Below are positions 27,996 through 46,076 of a DNA stretch of 64,000 nucleotides, in pieces. Position 1 is the first letter of the stretch. Every line of letters starts with the position of its first letter. Source of the stretch: the human T2T-CHM13v2.0 reference genome, Homo sapiens. The notes under the pieces were generated by a model. It saw only the letters and a list, made by a program, of their open reading frames with translations. It had not been told where the DNA came from and ran no database searches. The stretch lies in the NCBI RefSeq assembly GCF_009914755.1, contig NC_060934.1; one strand, written 5' to 3'. The translations under genes and the position numbers were made by a program.

Positions 27996-30470
27996 CTGTC
28001 ACCCAGGAAAATGGATCACATGAGTCACATATTTGTTTCCCAGACACATTTTGAAACTTGCCAAGTAAGCAATTCTAATATTTTGGATGAATGTGAAACA
28101 CACACACACATGCCCATGCTTGAATGGCGACAACATCTGGAAATGGTTGAAGAAACCATGACCCCTAGCTTCCAGTTGGGATAATGCAAAAAATAAAGAT
28201 GCTCCCAATGAACTCATGATGGTGTCCCTGTCCCCTTCACTGCAACTGAACCAAACATCCTGATCAGGGTTGTCCAATTCTTGATCTATCAAAAGCAAAA
28301 AGATTATTCTATATCTTCTGATTTACAATGAAGAGATAAGAGTCATCATCATCAACCACACACTTATTGAGACTCTCACCATGGTCCAGGATGAAGTGTT
28401 TCATATTGTAAAAAAAACTTCAGAATTTAATTTACACTGGAATCCTTGTGAGACAGTTACTGCTATTTCCATTGCATAGGTGAAGCACTTAAGATGGCTC
28501 AGTCTTTTTCCAGATTGCAAGATCACCTAGAGCGGGAGCTGTGCCTTACCTTCTTCGACCACCCTCTGGGAGTTAGTAAAACCCTTGCAGATGGATAGTA
28601 CCCAATTAGTACAGATGGTGCTGTGATAACTCTCAGCAGCTGCTCCCACAAGATTATAGCTGTGGCTTTCTATTCCTTACACCAGCAGCTGGAGCAGGCA
28701 GCTTCCTTCAGTGGTTAATTCCAGCAACCGTTCTGTGAAGTCCTGAATGTTTCTCTCCTAACATAACACTTTTCAAAAGCTATTAGACATCTCTGAAGCC
28801 AGACTGTTCCATATACTTGGTTCCAGAAACTAAGTAAAGCATTGTCCTGTGCAAACCCACTTGTAATGAATGTTGTGTGCAAATGGTCTTTGAATTCACA
28901 GGTGCTCTCCTCCCATCCATCAGAAGCCTTCTGTTCCCCAAAGTAGACAGATGCCCATGAGTCCATTTCATAGGTGAGCACTCATGCCATGAAACGTCTT
29001 CTCCAACACTCATGAAGTAGGAGAAAAGAAATCCACACATATTTTCATAGCTTCAAAACTCAGATTATCGACTTAGCCACAAACCCAAATATTCCTCAAA
29101 ATTCCCCAATATTATTCGCAGAGGACTGTACGCAAATCAAATTCAGAAGATACTTTATTGCAACTATAATTTCCTTTAATATCCAAACTAAATTCTAACA
29201 GTGACTCTGAGTTTATGCTGGGACTGGGGGAGGAGGCAAGGGAGAGCACTGAGGAAAATTGACCTATGTATTCCTATGTGGTCCAAGGACCATCACGTTG
29301 TAAATAAATGGGTGATTTGGGTAAAGTCTAAATTAAATACCACTCTCTATTGGATATGATTGGTGATCATCTCCCCTGCCAAGAAAAAGAGGATACAGGC
29401 TTGTGATGTATAAATCCCACCCTCCCCAAGCAAACAGGTAGGATGATTCACAAAGAAAATATGCAGTGTAAGCACATTAATTATGCACTGTTCAAACTCC
29501 AGAAAACAACTCTCCCAACTTACCAATGATATATCCCAGGGATACTTAAGATGAAATCTGTGGCTGTGCCAAATAATATCTATAAAAACACCTTTGTTTA
29601 GGTTGGAAAACAACCAAGGGTTTTTGTTTTTTGTTTGTTTGTTGTTTGTTTTTCTGTTGTAAATGTCAGAAAATCTATCTAGGATCAGCTTAATCAGAAA
29701 TATTTTATTTATTTATTTATTGACTTCTGTAACTGATAAATTTGCTTCTGACAGGCTCGGTCCAGAGGCTGAAGTGATATCTAGGGTTTATTATTCTCCA
29801 TGTCTCAGGCAAGCTGTTTCCAAGTGGTAGCCCCTGAAATCTTAGACTCTTTGTGCTTTGAGTTCAGCAAAGAGGGGCTCTTTCTTCCTAAAATCTCCAA
29901 ATTGGGCCAATTGAAATAAAGCCTTCATTCCTAAACCAATCACTGAAACTAGAACCGGTGAGTTTTCTGCCCTTCCAAATCACAAGGACTTTGAGTGGGA
30001 GAAGGATGTTTCCTCAAAAAAAGTTTACTTGGTGTTACTGGAAGCGTGGATGAAACTTACACAGACAAAACAACAGATTTCATCATAGTTCATAAGTGTG
30101 TTTTTTTTCCTTAAGAATATCAATAACTTTTATCATATTCTCAATGTGGTCAAAAACCTCTGAAGTTGTTAACAGCTCATAGAAGTCTGTAGTTCTTTGT
30201 ACACCATGGAGGTAGTTGTGAGATGGAAGAGACTCTAAACGAAGAGCAAAAAGGCAGAGGTTCTTGCTCCTGTATCTTCCTAACAAACTCTTAAGAATTT
30301 CACTTTGCTCATCTATGTTTACAAAAGGCAAAATAATAACACCAACGATTCTACTAAACTTCTACTTTCATAACATTCTTTACATGTGTAATCACTTTTT
30401 CAAAGTTGTCTTCCAATTAGACCAAATATGTGAAACAAAAATGTTGGACACATAAGAAAGTTTAGAATTT

Positions 30471-31165
<695 letters not shown>

Positions 31166-31546
31166 AGTCAAATTAATACAATAAAACACAGTAAAATTAA
31201 TTGTAATTATGAATGTATTTGGCCAAATACATTCAAAACACTGTTTCAAATCAATAAAACAATTAGTAAGTTATTTTAAAGACTTTATTGATATATAATT
31301 TAAATAACACAAAGTTCGCCCATATAAAGTTTAAAATTCAATTTTTTTACTAAGTTTGCAAAGTTGTGCAAGTATCATCATAATCTAATTTTAGAATATT
31401 TTCTTCAACCTGAAAAGAAACCATGTATCCATTAAATTAACAATCAGTCCTCACCCCACCCATCCAGAACTAAGCAACTCCTAATCCACTTCCTGACTGT
31501 AAGACTTTGCCTACTCTGGACATTTCATATAATGAATTTAGAGACT

Positions 31547-32510
31547 GAAGACACAGAAGAACAATAGATAGTCTATATATCTAAAAATAGAACCCTGGCC
31601 TACAGCCTGCAGTTACTGGCCCAGGATGTCAACCTATTACCTTCAATAATCCATCTAGAAAATCAGACGACCCAGTGATCCCATTACTGGGTATATACCC
31701 AAAGGATTATAAATCATGCTACTATAAAGACACATACACACATATGTTTATTGCAGCACTATTCACAATAGTGGAACCAACCCAAATGTCTATCAATGAT
31801 AGACTGGATTAAGAAAATGTGGCACATATACACCATGAAATACTATGTAGCCATAAAAAAGGAGGAGTTCATGTCCTTTGCAGGGACATGGATGAAATTG
31901 GAAACCATCATTCTCAGCAAACTATCACAAGGACAGAAAACAAAACACTGCATGTTCTCACTCATGGGTGGGAATTGAACAATGAGAACACATGGACACA
32001 GGGCAGGGAACATCACACACCAGGGCCTGTCAGGGGGTGGGGGGCTGGGGGAGGAATAGCATTAGGAGACATACCTAATGTAAATGACAAGTTGATGGGT
32101 GCAGCAAACCAACATGGCACATGTATACCTGTGTAACAAACCTGCACGTTGTGGACATGTAACCTAGAACTTAAAGTATAATAAAAAGAAAAGAAAAGCA
32201 GACAACAAACCCTTAAGAATAGGCCTAAAATTGCTAGGACTTGATTAGTAACTGACAGCTTTCCTAGTTCTTGCCCCTGTTTCCACGTTAGGACCAATCA
32301 GAGAAAGCAAAACATGCACCCTAATCAATTGCTTAGGATGAGCTACTTCTACTTAGCCTACCTACAGGTTCCCATGTCAACAACCTCTCATCAGTACATA
32401 CCTGCCTTCCCCTTTTTTTTCCATTATAAAGCTTTCCACTCTTCTGCCTTAGTCTCTGCTAAATGCAAGTGATGGTGGCTGCTTTCCTTGCTACAACATG
32501 CTCTACAACA
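31547..32510 (+). mobile_element. ERV solo LTR (MER77/MER21-like, uncertain), split by an L1PA
   Basis: 'ctaaaaatagaaccctggcctacagcctgcag' ... 'aggacttgattagtaactgacagcttt...ggaccaatcagagaaagc...ttataaagctt'. Confidence 0.55.
31669..32191 (+). mobile_element. 5'-truncated L1PA (~L1PA6) 3' end
   Basis: ORF2 C-terminus (…CMFSLMGGN), 3' UTR and A tail; TSD agaaaa(t/g)cagac at 31657 and 32192. Confidence 0.95.
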
Positions 32511-33488
32511 TGTCCCTTTTGTGTCTCTATTCTTTCACATATCAAGTTTTCAAGGATCACTCATGTTATAGCATGTATCAGTGATTCATTCCTTGTCATG
32601 GCAGAACAAATCCCATTGTAGTGATATACCACATTTCATTTACCCACTCATCAGTTCATGGATATGTGGGTTATTTCCGTTTTGGGGCTATTATGTATAA
32701 CACTTCTATGAACATTTGTGTGCAATATTTTTGCGTGGACATATGTTTTCATTCCTCTTGAATATATACCAAAGAGCATAATTTCTGGGTCATATAACAA
32801 ACATTACATTTGACACCAGCAATATATGACATTTCCAATACCTCTACACTTTTGCCAAAAGTTGTCATTATCTGCCTTTTTAAAATGTTAGTCATCATTG
32901 TAGGTGTGAAGTGATATATCACTATGGCTTTTATTTGTATTTCCCTAATAACTAATAATATTTAGCATCATTTCATGTGCTTCATAGTCATTTGTAAATC
33001 TTCTATAGAAGTATGTATTTTCAAAACCAATGTCCATTTTTAAATTGAATTAAATATTAAATATCTTTTCATTATTGAGTGATAAATGTTATTTATCTAT
33101 TCTAGATACAAGTCCTTTATAAGGTATATGATTTGCAAATATTTTCTCACATTCAGTGGACTGTCTTTTTACATCATCAATAAAGATGGAAGAAAAATAA
33201 TTGGAGGTAAATTCTTTTTTTGTGTTCTATTTGTTTCTACCCATGGGATCAAATTATTGGGGGAAAAAAAAATCTGTGTACTGAAGGCAATATAAGAAAA
33301 TCTGTACTGAGTTTGATTCCAAAATGGCCAAACAGGAACAGGTCTGGTCTGCAGCTCCCAGTGTGATTGATGTAGAAGACGGGTGATTTCTACATTTCCA
33401 ACTGAGATACCTGGTTCGTCTCATTGTGACTGGTTGGACAGTGGGTGCAGCCCATGGAGGGTGAGCCGAAGCAGAATGGGGCATTGCC

Positions 33489-33748
33489 TCACCTGGGTAG
33501 TGCAAGGGGTCGGGGGAATTTCCCTTTGCTAGCCAAGGGAAGCCATGACAGACTGTACCTGGAAAAACAGTACACTCCCAACCAAATACTGTGCTTTCCC
33601 CATGGTCTTAGCAACTGGCAGACAAAGAGATTCTCTCCTGTGCCTGGATCAGCAGGTTCCACACCCATGGAGCCTTGCTTACCACTAGCACAGCAGTCTG
33701 AGATCAACCTGCGAGGCTGCAGCCGGGCTGGGGGACAGGATCCACCAT
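33489..33748 (-). pseudogene. L1 antisense ORF0 homologue (frameshifted just after the ATG)
   Basis: Translation 'PPARLQPRRLISDCCAS...PGTG...FSR' resembles primate ORF0; the ATG at 33748 is one base out of frame. Confidence 0.7.
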
Positions 33749-34346
33749 TACTGAGGCTTGAGTAAGTAAACAAAGCACTGGGAAGCTCAAACTGGGTGGA
33801 CCTCACTGCAGCTCCACAAAGGCTACTGCCTCTACAGACTCCACCTCTGAGGGCAGGGCATAGCTGAACAAAAGGCAGCAGACAACTTCTGCAGACTTAA
33901 ATGTCCCTAACTGACAGCTCTGAAGAGAGCAGTGGTTTTCCCAGCATGGCGTTTGAGCTCTGAGAATGGAGAGACGTCTTCCTCAAGTGGGTCCCTGAAC
34001 CCATGTAGCCTAACTGGGAGAAACCTCCCAGTAGGGGCTGACAGACATCTCATACAAGCAGGTGACCCTCTGGTATGAAGCTTCCAGAGAAAGGATCAGG
34101 CAGCAATATTTGCTGTTCTGCAATATCTGCTGTTCTGCAGCCTCAGCTGGTGATACCCAGGGAAACAGCATCTGGAGTGGACCTCCAGCCAACTTCAACA
34201 GACCTGCAGCTGAGGGACTTGACTGTTAGAAGGAAAACTAACAAACAGAAACAAATAGCATCAACATCAACAGAAAGGACATCTACACGAAAACCCCATC
34301 TGTAGGTGACGGACATCAAAGACCAAAGGTAGATAAAACCACAAAA

Positions 34347-35369
34347 ATGGGGAGAAACCAGAGGAGAAAAGCTGAAAATCCTAAAAACCAGAGCGCCTCT
34401 TCTCCAAAGGATCACAGCTCCTTGCCTGCAATGGAACAAAGCTGGATGCAGAATGACTTTGACGAGTTGACAGAAGTAGGCTTCAGAAGGTTGGTAATAA
34501 CAAATTTCTCTGAGCTAAAGGAGAATGTTCTAAACCATCACAAGGAAGCTAAAAACCTTGAAAAAAGATTAGATGAATGGCTAACTAGAATAAACAGTGT
34601 AGAGAAGACCTCAAATGAACTGATGGAGCTGAAAACCATGGCACGAGAACTTCATGATGCATGCACAAGCTTCAATAGCCAATTCGTTCAAGTGGAAGAA
34701 AAGGGATCAGTGATTAAAGATCAAATGAATGAAATAAAGCAAGAAGACAAGTTTAGAGAAAAAAGAGTAAAAAGAAATGAACAAAGCCTCCAAGAAATAT
34801 GGCACTATGTGAAAAAACCAAATCTACATCTCATTGGTGTACCTGAAAGTGATGGTGAGAATGGAACCAAGTTGGAAGATACTCTTCAGGATATTATCCA
34901 GGAGTACTTCCCCAACCTAGCAAGCAGGCCAACATCCAAATTCAAGAAATACAGAGAACACCACAAAGATACTCCTTGAGAAGAGCAACCCCAAGACACA
35001 TAGTTGTCAGATACACCAAGGTTGAAAAGAAGGAAAAAATGTTAAGGGCAGCCAGAGAGAAATGTCAGGTTACCCACAATGGGAAGCCCATCAGACTAAC
35101 AGTGGATCTCTCAGCAGAAACCCTACAAGCCAGAAGAGAGTGGGGGGCCAATATTCAACATTCCTAAAGAAAAGAATATTCAACCCAGAATTTCATATCC
35201 AGCCAAACTAAGCTTCATAAGTGAAGGAGAAATAAAATGCTTTACAGACAAGCAAATGCTGAGAGATTTTGTCATCACCAGGCCTGCCTTACGAGAGCTC
35301 CTGAAGGAAGCACTAAACATGGAAAGGAACAACCAGTACCAGCCACTGCAAAAACATGCCAAATTGTAA
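34347..35369 (+). pseudogene. L1 ORF1p (disrupted)
   Basis: MGRNQRRKAE... coiled coil, NLHLIGVPE, RRATPRHIVVR; frameshifts near 34925 and 35150. Confidence 0.95.
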
Positions 35370-35432
35370 AGACCATAGATGCTATGAATAAACTGCATCA
35401 ATTAATGGGCAAAATAACCAGCTAACACCATG

Positions 35433-39245
<3,813 letters not shown>

Positions 39246-40759
39246 ACAATGAGAACACACGGACACAGGGCGGGGAACATCACACACCAGGGCCTGTCAG
39301 GGGGTGGGGGTTTAGGGGAGGGATAGTATTAGGAGTAATACCTAATGTAAATGACAAGTTGATAGGTGCAGCAAAACAACATGGCACATGTATACCTATG
39401 TTAAAAACCTGCATGTTGTGCACACGTACCCTAGAACTTAAAGTATAATAATAAAAAAAAATAAAAAAAGAAAATCTGTATTCTAATTTCAGCTCCTCTA
39501 TTATCTTAGGGTGGCCCTATATCTTATCTTCCCTGAGCCTCTAGGCATTTTTTTAATCTGTAAAATAGAGAGTCAGATGTGGGTAATCCTCCAAATCTCA
39601 TCCAGATACAAATTATGCAGGTTTGATATACAGTAAAAGAATGTATACTTCCTAAAATACAGCCATTTTATATATCAATTTTTTAATGTAAAAAAATAAT
39701 TACTCTAGAGCCATAGATTTTGAAGGCAAATTCTGTTTCCTGGCATTGCACACTTCCCACCTCTTCACTTCCTGTTTATCTTCTTATTCATTCACAAGTT
39801 ACAGAACATTTTCTCTGTGTGTGTCAGCTCTATAGGAGAAAAAATAAATCAGATTTCTCTATATCTCTGCCTTCTTAATACCTCCAATAAGGGACCCCAC
39901 TCTGGTGTCCTAGTATCTCCCTTTGTAGAAGTTCAAAACCCAATCATTATAGAGTTAATAAGATAAATTATTTCCTGAGCTTGTATGCCCTATAACATAT
40001 TATGTGAATGACAGAGACTGCCTGTAGTAAAAAGCTTTGAAAATAGAATTCCAAACATAATAATTTAACCAAATGCACATTGGAGAAAGGCTGTTCTATC
40101 TTGTGAAAATTTTCCTATATGGATTAATTTGGCTATGTTTGCTTTTCTGAAAAATTTAGCAGCCCTCAACCACATATTAATGCCACCTGTGCTAAATTGA
40201 CATCCATGATTTATTACACTTGGATATGGGGGGAAAGTCATTCTTCAGACAATATACTTTATACCACAGGTACTACCACTTTCACCAGCTTGTACATTGG
40301 TTCACATCCATTAATAAAACCGTGATCAAATAAAAAGGCCTCAGGCATAAACACAGCAGGAGCAAAGATCTAGGTGGTGGTTTACACTCATTTGTAATAT
40401 ATTTTTTCATCACATTGTAGGATTTTTACCTTTCTCAATAAGTTGATGGTTTTATAATAGAGTTTCCTTTCTGAATCTTTTCCTTTCTACATACAAACCG
40501 CTAATTTTCATCACAGGCTCTCATGCAATTTCTTGACAACACTAATTTCTAAATTTTAAAGCTTACTTCAATAATGCTTGGTTAATTATATGGGCATTTG
40601 GTGGCAAGCAGAAGACGCAAATTATTAATTGCACAAAATGAAACATTTAAATGCCTATCACTCTTTAAAAAATTCATTTTAAAATGTACATCATATTTAT
40701 TTTATTCCTATTGTCTAAGAAATAGGCTTAATACTATTGTCCTAGCTATTCAGAATGAT

Positions 40760-40990
40760 AATTAAGTTTTCTGGTCTTATATATCTAGATTCGAACCCCA
40801 TCATCACCATTTGCAATTTTGAACTTTGGTTCAAGTTAGTTGAATTATTTCCGCCTCAATGTCCTCATCTCTAAAATGGAACGTTAGTAGTACATGCTTC
40901 ATAAAGCTGTGGTAAAGCATTTTTGAGATATACCTTGAGGTGCTGTATAAAACAGATCTAATACAAATGTCACAAAAGCTTGTACAACAC
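40760..40990 (+). mobile_element. MIR fragment
   Basis: 'ttcgaacccc...gcctcaatgtcctcatctctaaaatgg'. Confidence 0.6.
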
Positions 40991-43127
40991 TTAAGAACAG
41001 ATTGGTATGTGGCATGTTCTTATAAAATTCTACATGAATATTTGTGTTCTTGCTCTCCCCATTACACATGTGAAAGCAAAGGAGATGCCTTTGGTTCTAA
41101 ATGTAGTCCAAATGAAAGATAGGAGGAATCCTTTAAGATATAATATAATCTTCTATCTGTGTCCTTCTCTCTAATCAGCCTCACACATAAGTAGCTTTCC
41201 TTCATTCCTGGAATCTCTTCTCACACCTTTAGCCAACAGTTGCATTGCTTGTTAACCCACCCTCCTTCTTTCCTGTTACTTGACCATCATATTCTGTCTC
41301 CTTTCCACTCTGTGGTCCAATCAAATACAGCCTCTATCCATTAACTTTATACATCTCCCTAAATCCTAGATGATATAGTTTTAAAAATCTTTTATCTCAC
41401 CAAAACTATAAATACTGGACTGAAGAATGAAACTTGGGAGCCACTGCATCATAAATATTACTCTATTTTCCACCTGAGATTAGAGACACATACCCTGCCT
41501 CTGAAGCAGTGCATCATTTTTAGAATCGAAGTGGAGAACTTACACAGTCCAGAGAGTAAAAGCAGTGTTGATATACCAGAACCAGATCCTTTTAGGCATA
41601 ATACTAGTTGTAGCAGAGGTGTGCTGGAGAAAAAAAAACATGTCCAAATCACAAGCAAAATGGATCAAAACACATAATGTTAACATAAACATGCAAATAG
41701 TTTAATGTTGTGATGGAGAAATGAAAAATGATTAAAAATTAGAAAATCATCACAATCATAATGTTTATTGTGTCCATAGAAATACATTTCCCCAACTCTA
41801 ATGTAGAACTCCACTCTAATTTAGAATCCTTTCTTTCTGAAGAAAAGCTCTGATTTTCTTTGGGGTGGGTTACATTTGTTCTTCATAATGTTGAGTATGT
41901 CCACAAATTAATAAATACAGTACATAATAATTTAATCTCAAAGTCATGAGAAAAAACATTGAGAGGCCAATTAATCCTACATTTTACTTCTGCAAATGAC
42001 AACCCCAAAATTATTCCACTATTATCCTCCCTTTTGAATATATCACAGTATGTTGGAAAGGATGATCAGGAGCTTTGAAAGGCTATACTAACACTGGACT
42101 TCAGACATCTGCTTCAACAGGTTTAGCAATTACCAGTTTCTGTGCTTCTGTGACTTGATTCTGACCTAAATCCTCCACTTTCTGCCTTTATGAATGTAAC
42201 CAATGCATAGATAACGTCAATTTCTTTTTCATAAAGATGTACCTGGCATCCCTAGTGCTGACACCTTTTTCTCCATACAGACCGTTCTCCCTACCTGAAG
42301 CCACTTGGCATCATTTTTTAATCCTTCCCACAGGAGAGTGCTATAATTGCAATATACCTAAAAGTTTCTGGAAATTTTATTCCCTAATTTTTTGAAATTC
42401 TCAATTCTAATGAATGATTTAAAGCCAGATCTATTTTAAATTAAGTGCTTCCTTTGTCATATTCCTTATCAAGAGGGGTGTCTATTTTGTCTGTACAGTT
42501 GCTTCTCTCTTTCTCACCAGCTGGATAGAAGTGGTAACCCTGCAGCCACACTATTCTACAGGAAGTAACAATACCATCTGTTACTTAACGGCTTTACTAA
42601 CACATGCCCCATTCTTGCAGGAATGCTATTCCAGTGAAATAACATAACAAGAAATGACTGGAGTGCCCAGGTGCTGTATTAAAATGTCAACTCTGGCCTT
42701 TGAAGATTAGAACAGCGAAAGACAGTCATTATTAATGGCTTCCCCAGGCTTCATGGGTAAAGAGATACATTTATAAATTACTACTTCCAGGATGAAGAGA
42801 GGGAGGTGGGTAGTGGTTCAAACCCAAGAGGTGGGAAAGGTTCAAACCCAGTGCTTCAATCTCTTGTCTATTACTAAACTATGCCAGTTTTAAAAGCTGA
42901 TTAGAATGTAGTTTGGCCAATCATTCATAACTTTTTGCCACATTAATTTATTAATTTGTTAATTTAATATTTTTTCGGGTGCATTAGTAGTTATACATCA
43001 TCCAAGAGGTTTCAGGAAGAGAAAAGCTAGGCAAGGGTCCAGGTAATGCAGTACACACTTTTTGTCTCCACTGAAAATCTGTTAACATATCTTCCCATCT
43101 ATGTCCCAGAACAGGTTCAAGGGACAA

Positions 43128-44961
43128 TGATATGGTTTGGATCTGTGTCCCCACACAAATCTTACGTTGAAACGTAATGCCCAATGCTGGAAGTGGGGCC
43201 TGGTGGGAAGAGATTGAATCATGGGGGTGGAGTTTTCACGAATGGTTTAGCACCATCCCCATTGGTACTGTATAGTGAATGAGTTCTCATAAGATCTGGT
43301 TGTTTAAAACTGTGTATTACCTCCCCCATCTCTCTCTTCCTCCTGCTCCTTGCCATGTGAACTGTCAGCTACGTTTTCAACTTTTGCCATGATTGAAAGT
43401 TTCCTGAGGCCTCCCCAGAACATGAGCAGATGCCAGCATCACGTCTTCTGTACAGCCCTTGGAACCCTGTGCCAATTAAACCTATTTTCTTTATAAATTA
43501 CCCAGTCTAGATTTTTTAGTAGCAGTGTAAGAATGAACTGATACAGAGAATTGGTACTGAAAAGTGGGGCTTTGCTATAAAGATACATAAAAATGTGGAA
43601 GCAACTTTGGAACTGGGTAATGAGCAGAGGTTGGACAACTTTGTAGGGCTCAGAAGAAGACATAAAGATGAAGGAAAATTTGGAACATCCTAGAGACCTG
43701 TTAAATTGTTGTGACCAAAATGCTGATAGTGATATGGATAGGGAAGGCCAGGCTGGGAAGTCTCAGATGGAAATGTGGAACTTATCGGAAACCAGAGTAA
43801 AGGTCACTTTTGCTATGCTTTAGTAAAGAGCCTTCCTGAATTGTGTCCCTACTCTAGGGATCCTGTGGAAATTTGAACTTGAGAGTGATAATTTATGGAC
43901 TTCAGCAGAAGAAATTTTTAAGCAGCAAAGCATTCAAGATGTAACCTGACTGCCTCTAACAACATATGCTCATATGCGTGAGAAAAGAAATGACATAAAA
44001 CTAAAACTTATAATTAAAAGGGAAGCACAGTGAAAAAGTTTGAAAAATTTGCAGCCTAGTCGTGGTAGAAAAGAAAAGACCATTTTCAGGGGAGCAATTC
44101 AAGTCAGCAGCAGAAATTTGCATAAGTAGAGAGGAGCCAAGGACTGATAGCCAAGACAATAGGGAAAAATATTCTAAGGCATTTCAGAGAACTTGGCAGC
44201 AGCCCCTCCCATCACAAGCCTGAAGACCTAGGAAGGAAGAATGGTTTTGTAGGCCAGGCCCAGGGCCCAGCTGCCCTGAACAATGTCCAGACACTGTTCC
44301 CTGCATCTCAGCTGCTCCAGCCATGGCTCAAAGGGCCTCAGACACAGCTCTGGCCATTGCTTCAGAGAATGCAAACCATAACCTTTGGCGGCTTCCACAT
44401 GGTTTTATCCCTGTGGGTGTACAGAGTGCAAGAGTTGAAACTTGGGAGCCTCCACCTAAATTTCAGAGGATGTATGGAAAAGCCTGGATATACAGGCAAA
44501 GCCTGCTGCAGGGGCAGAGCTCTCATGGAGAACCTCTACTAGGGCAGTGTGGAGGAAAAATGTGGGCTTGAGGCCCCCACACAGAGTCCCCACTATGGCA
44601 CCTAGTAGAGCTATGAGAAGAGGTTCACCATACTCCAGACCCACACACTCCAGAATTTTAGATCTACATACTCCATAATTGTAGCTATACCAACAGCTTG
44701 GCCTGTGCCCCTAGAAAAGCCACAGGCACTCACCGTCAACCTGTGAGAGCAGCCTTGGGGGATGAACCCTGCAGAGTCACATGGTCAGAGCTGTCCAAGG
44801 CTTTGGGAGTCCGCCTCTTGCTCCAGTATGCCCTGGATGTGAGATGTAGAGTCAAGGGAGATTATTTTGGAGCTTTAAGATTTAATTACTGCCCTGCTGA
44901 GTTTTGGACTTTCATATGGCCTGTAGCTCCTGTTTTTTGTTCGTTTATTTGTTTTGCTTTT

Positions 44962-45009
<48 letters not shown>

Positions 45010-45774
45010 GGCCAATTTCTCCCTTTTGGAATGGGAGTATTTCCCCTGCAAATGCTCCCACTGTCTAAGTTGAGGAGGTCTCAGATAGAAATGAGAAACT
45101 TATTGGGAACTGGAGTTAAGGTCACTTTTGCTATGCTTTAGAAAAGAGCCTGGCTGCATTGTGCCCCTGCACTCCTATTGTATCTTGGAAGTAACTAACT
45201 TCTTTTTGATTTAACAGGCTCATTGGCAGAAGGGACTAACCTTGTCTCAGACAACACTTTGGACTTCAAACTTCTGAGTTACTGCTGGAATGAGTCAAGA
45301 CTTTGGGGAACTGTGAGAAGGACATAAGATTTGGGAGGGGTCAGCAGCAGAATGATATGGTTTGGATCTGTGTCCCCACCCAAATCTCATGTAGAAATGT
45401 AATCCCCAATTCTGGAGGTGGGGCCAGGTGTGATGTGATTGTGTCATAGGGGTGGAGTTCTCATGAATGGTTTAGCACCATCCCTCCTTGGTACTATATA
45501 GTGAAGTGAGTTCATGCAAGGTATAGTTATTTAAAAGTGTGTAGCACCTGCCTCTTCTTTTTCTTCCTCCTGCTCCTGACCATGTGAATTGCCAGCTCTC
45601 CCTTCACCTTTTCCATGATAGAAAGCTCCTGAGGCCTCCCCAGAAGACAAGCAGATGACAGCAACATGCTTCCTCTAGAGCCTGCAGAACTGTGAGCCAA
45701 TTACATATCCTTTCTTTATAAATTACCCACTGTCGGGTATTTTTTTTATAGCAGTGTGAAAACAGACTAGTACT
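43128..45774 (+). mobile_element. Complete MST (ERVL-MaLR) provirus: LTR 43128-43545, internal 43546-45352, LTR 45353-45774
   Basis: Two homologous LTRs starting TGATATGGTTTGGATCTGTGTCCCCAC flank ~1.8 kb of MST-int; perfect 5-bp TSD gacaa. Confidence 0.95.
44966..45007. repeat. (TG)n microsatellite
   Basis: About 21 uninterrupted TG units inside MST-int. Confidence 0.95.
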
Positions 45775-46017
45775 GACAATGCAGATGTTTGTGGCTATGT
45801 CAAATACCTCTCCTCCAACACAGTGCTATAGACAGGGGTTAACATCATGGTCCTTGGCATGATGTTTTTGAGGTACAAAAATGAGGTTAAAATAATCCAA
45901 GTGATCAATTAATACTTAGAAAATATTGCAACACTAACAGATTCCAGTGCCTAATGAAAGGTATCCAGATTCAATTTCATTATCCATTTACTCCCCGCAC
46001 ATAATAACACATACACA

Positions 46018-46076
46018 AACACACACACACACACACATACACACACGTGAGAGAGAGAGGAGAGAGAGAGAGAGAG
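46018..46076. repeat. Compound (CA)n-(GA)n microsatellite
   Basis: Read directly from the sequence. Confidence 0.95.

Larger units (their letters stand above)
31270..33175 (-). mobile_element. L1MB-type 3' fragment interrupted by an LTR
   Basis: 'ctttattgatatataattt...ctggacatttcatat' resumes after ~32510 as 'catgttatagcatgtatcagt..ttcattcc'. Confidence 0.75.

Noticed and set aside
30083-30331. 82-aa minus-strand ORF that looks globular
   Set aside because: No recognisable homology or exon context, and the length is expected by chance.
44323-45141. ORFs within the MST internal region
   Set aside because: They are broken frames of MaLR internal sequence crossing a (TG)n repeat, with no intact product.
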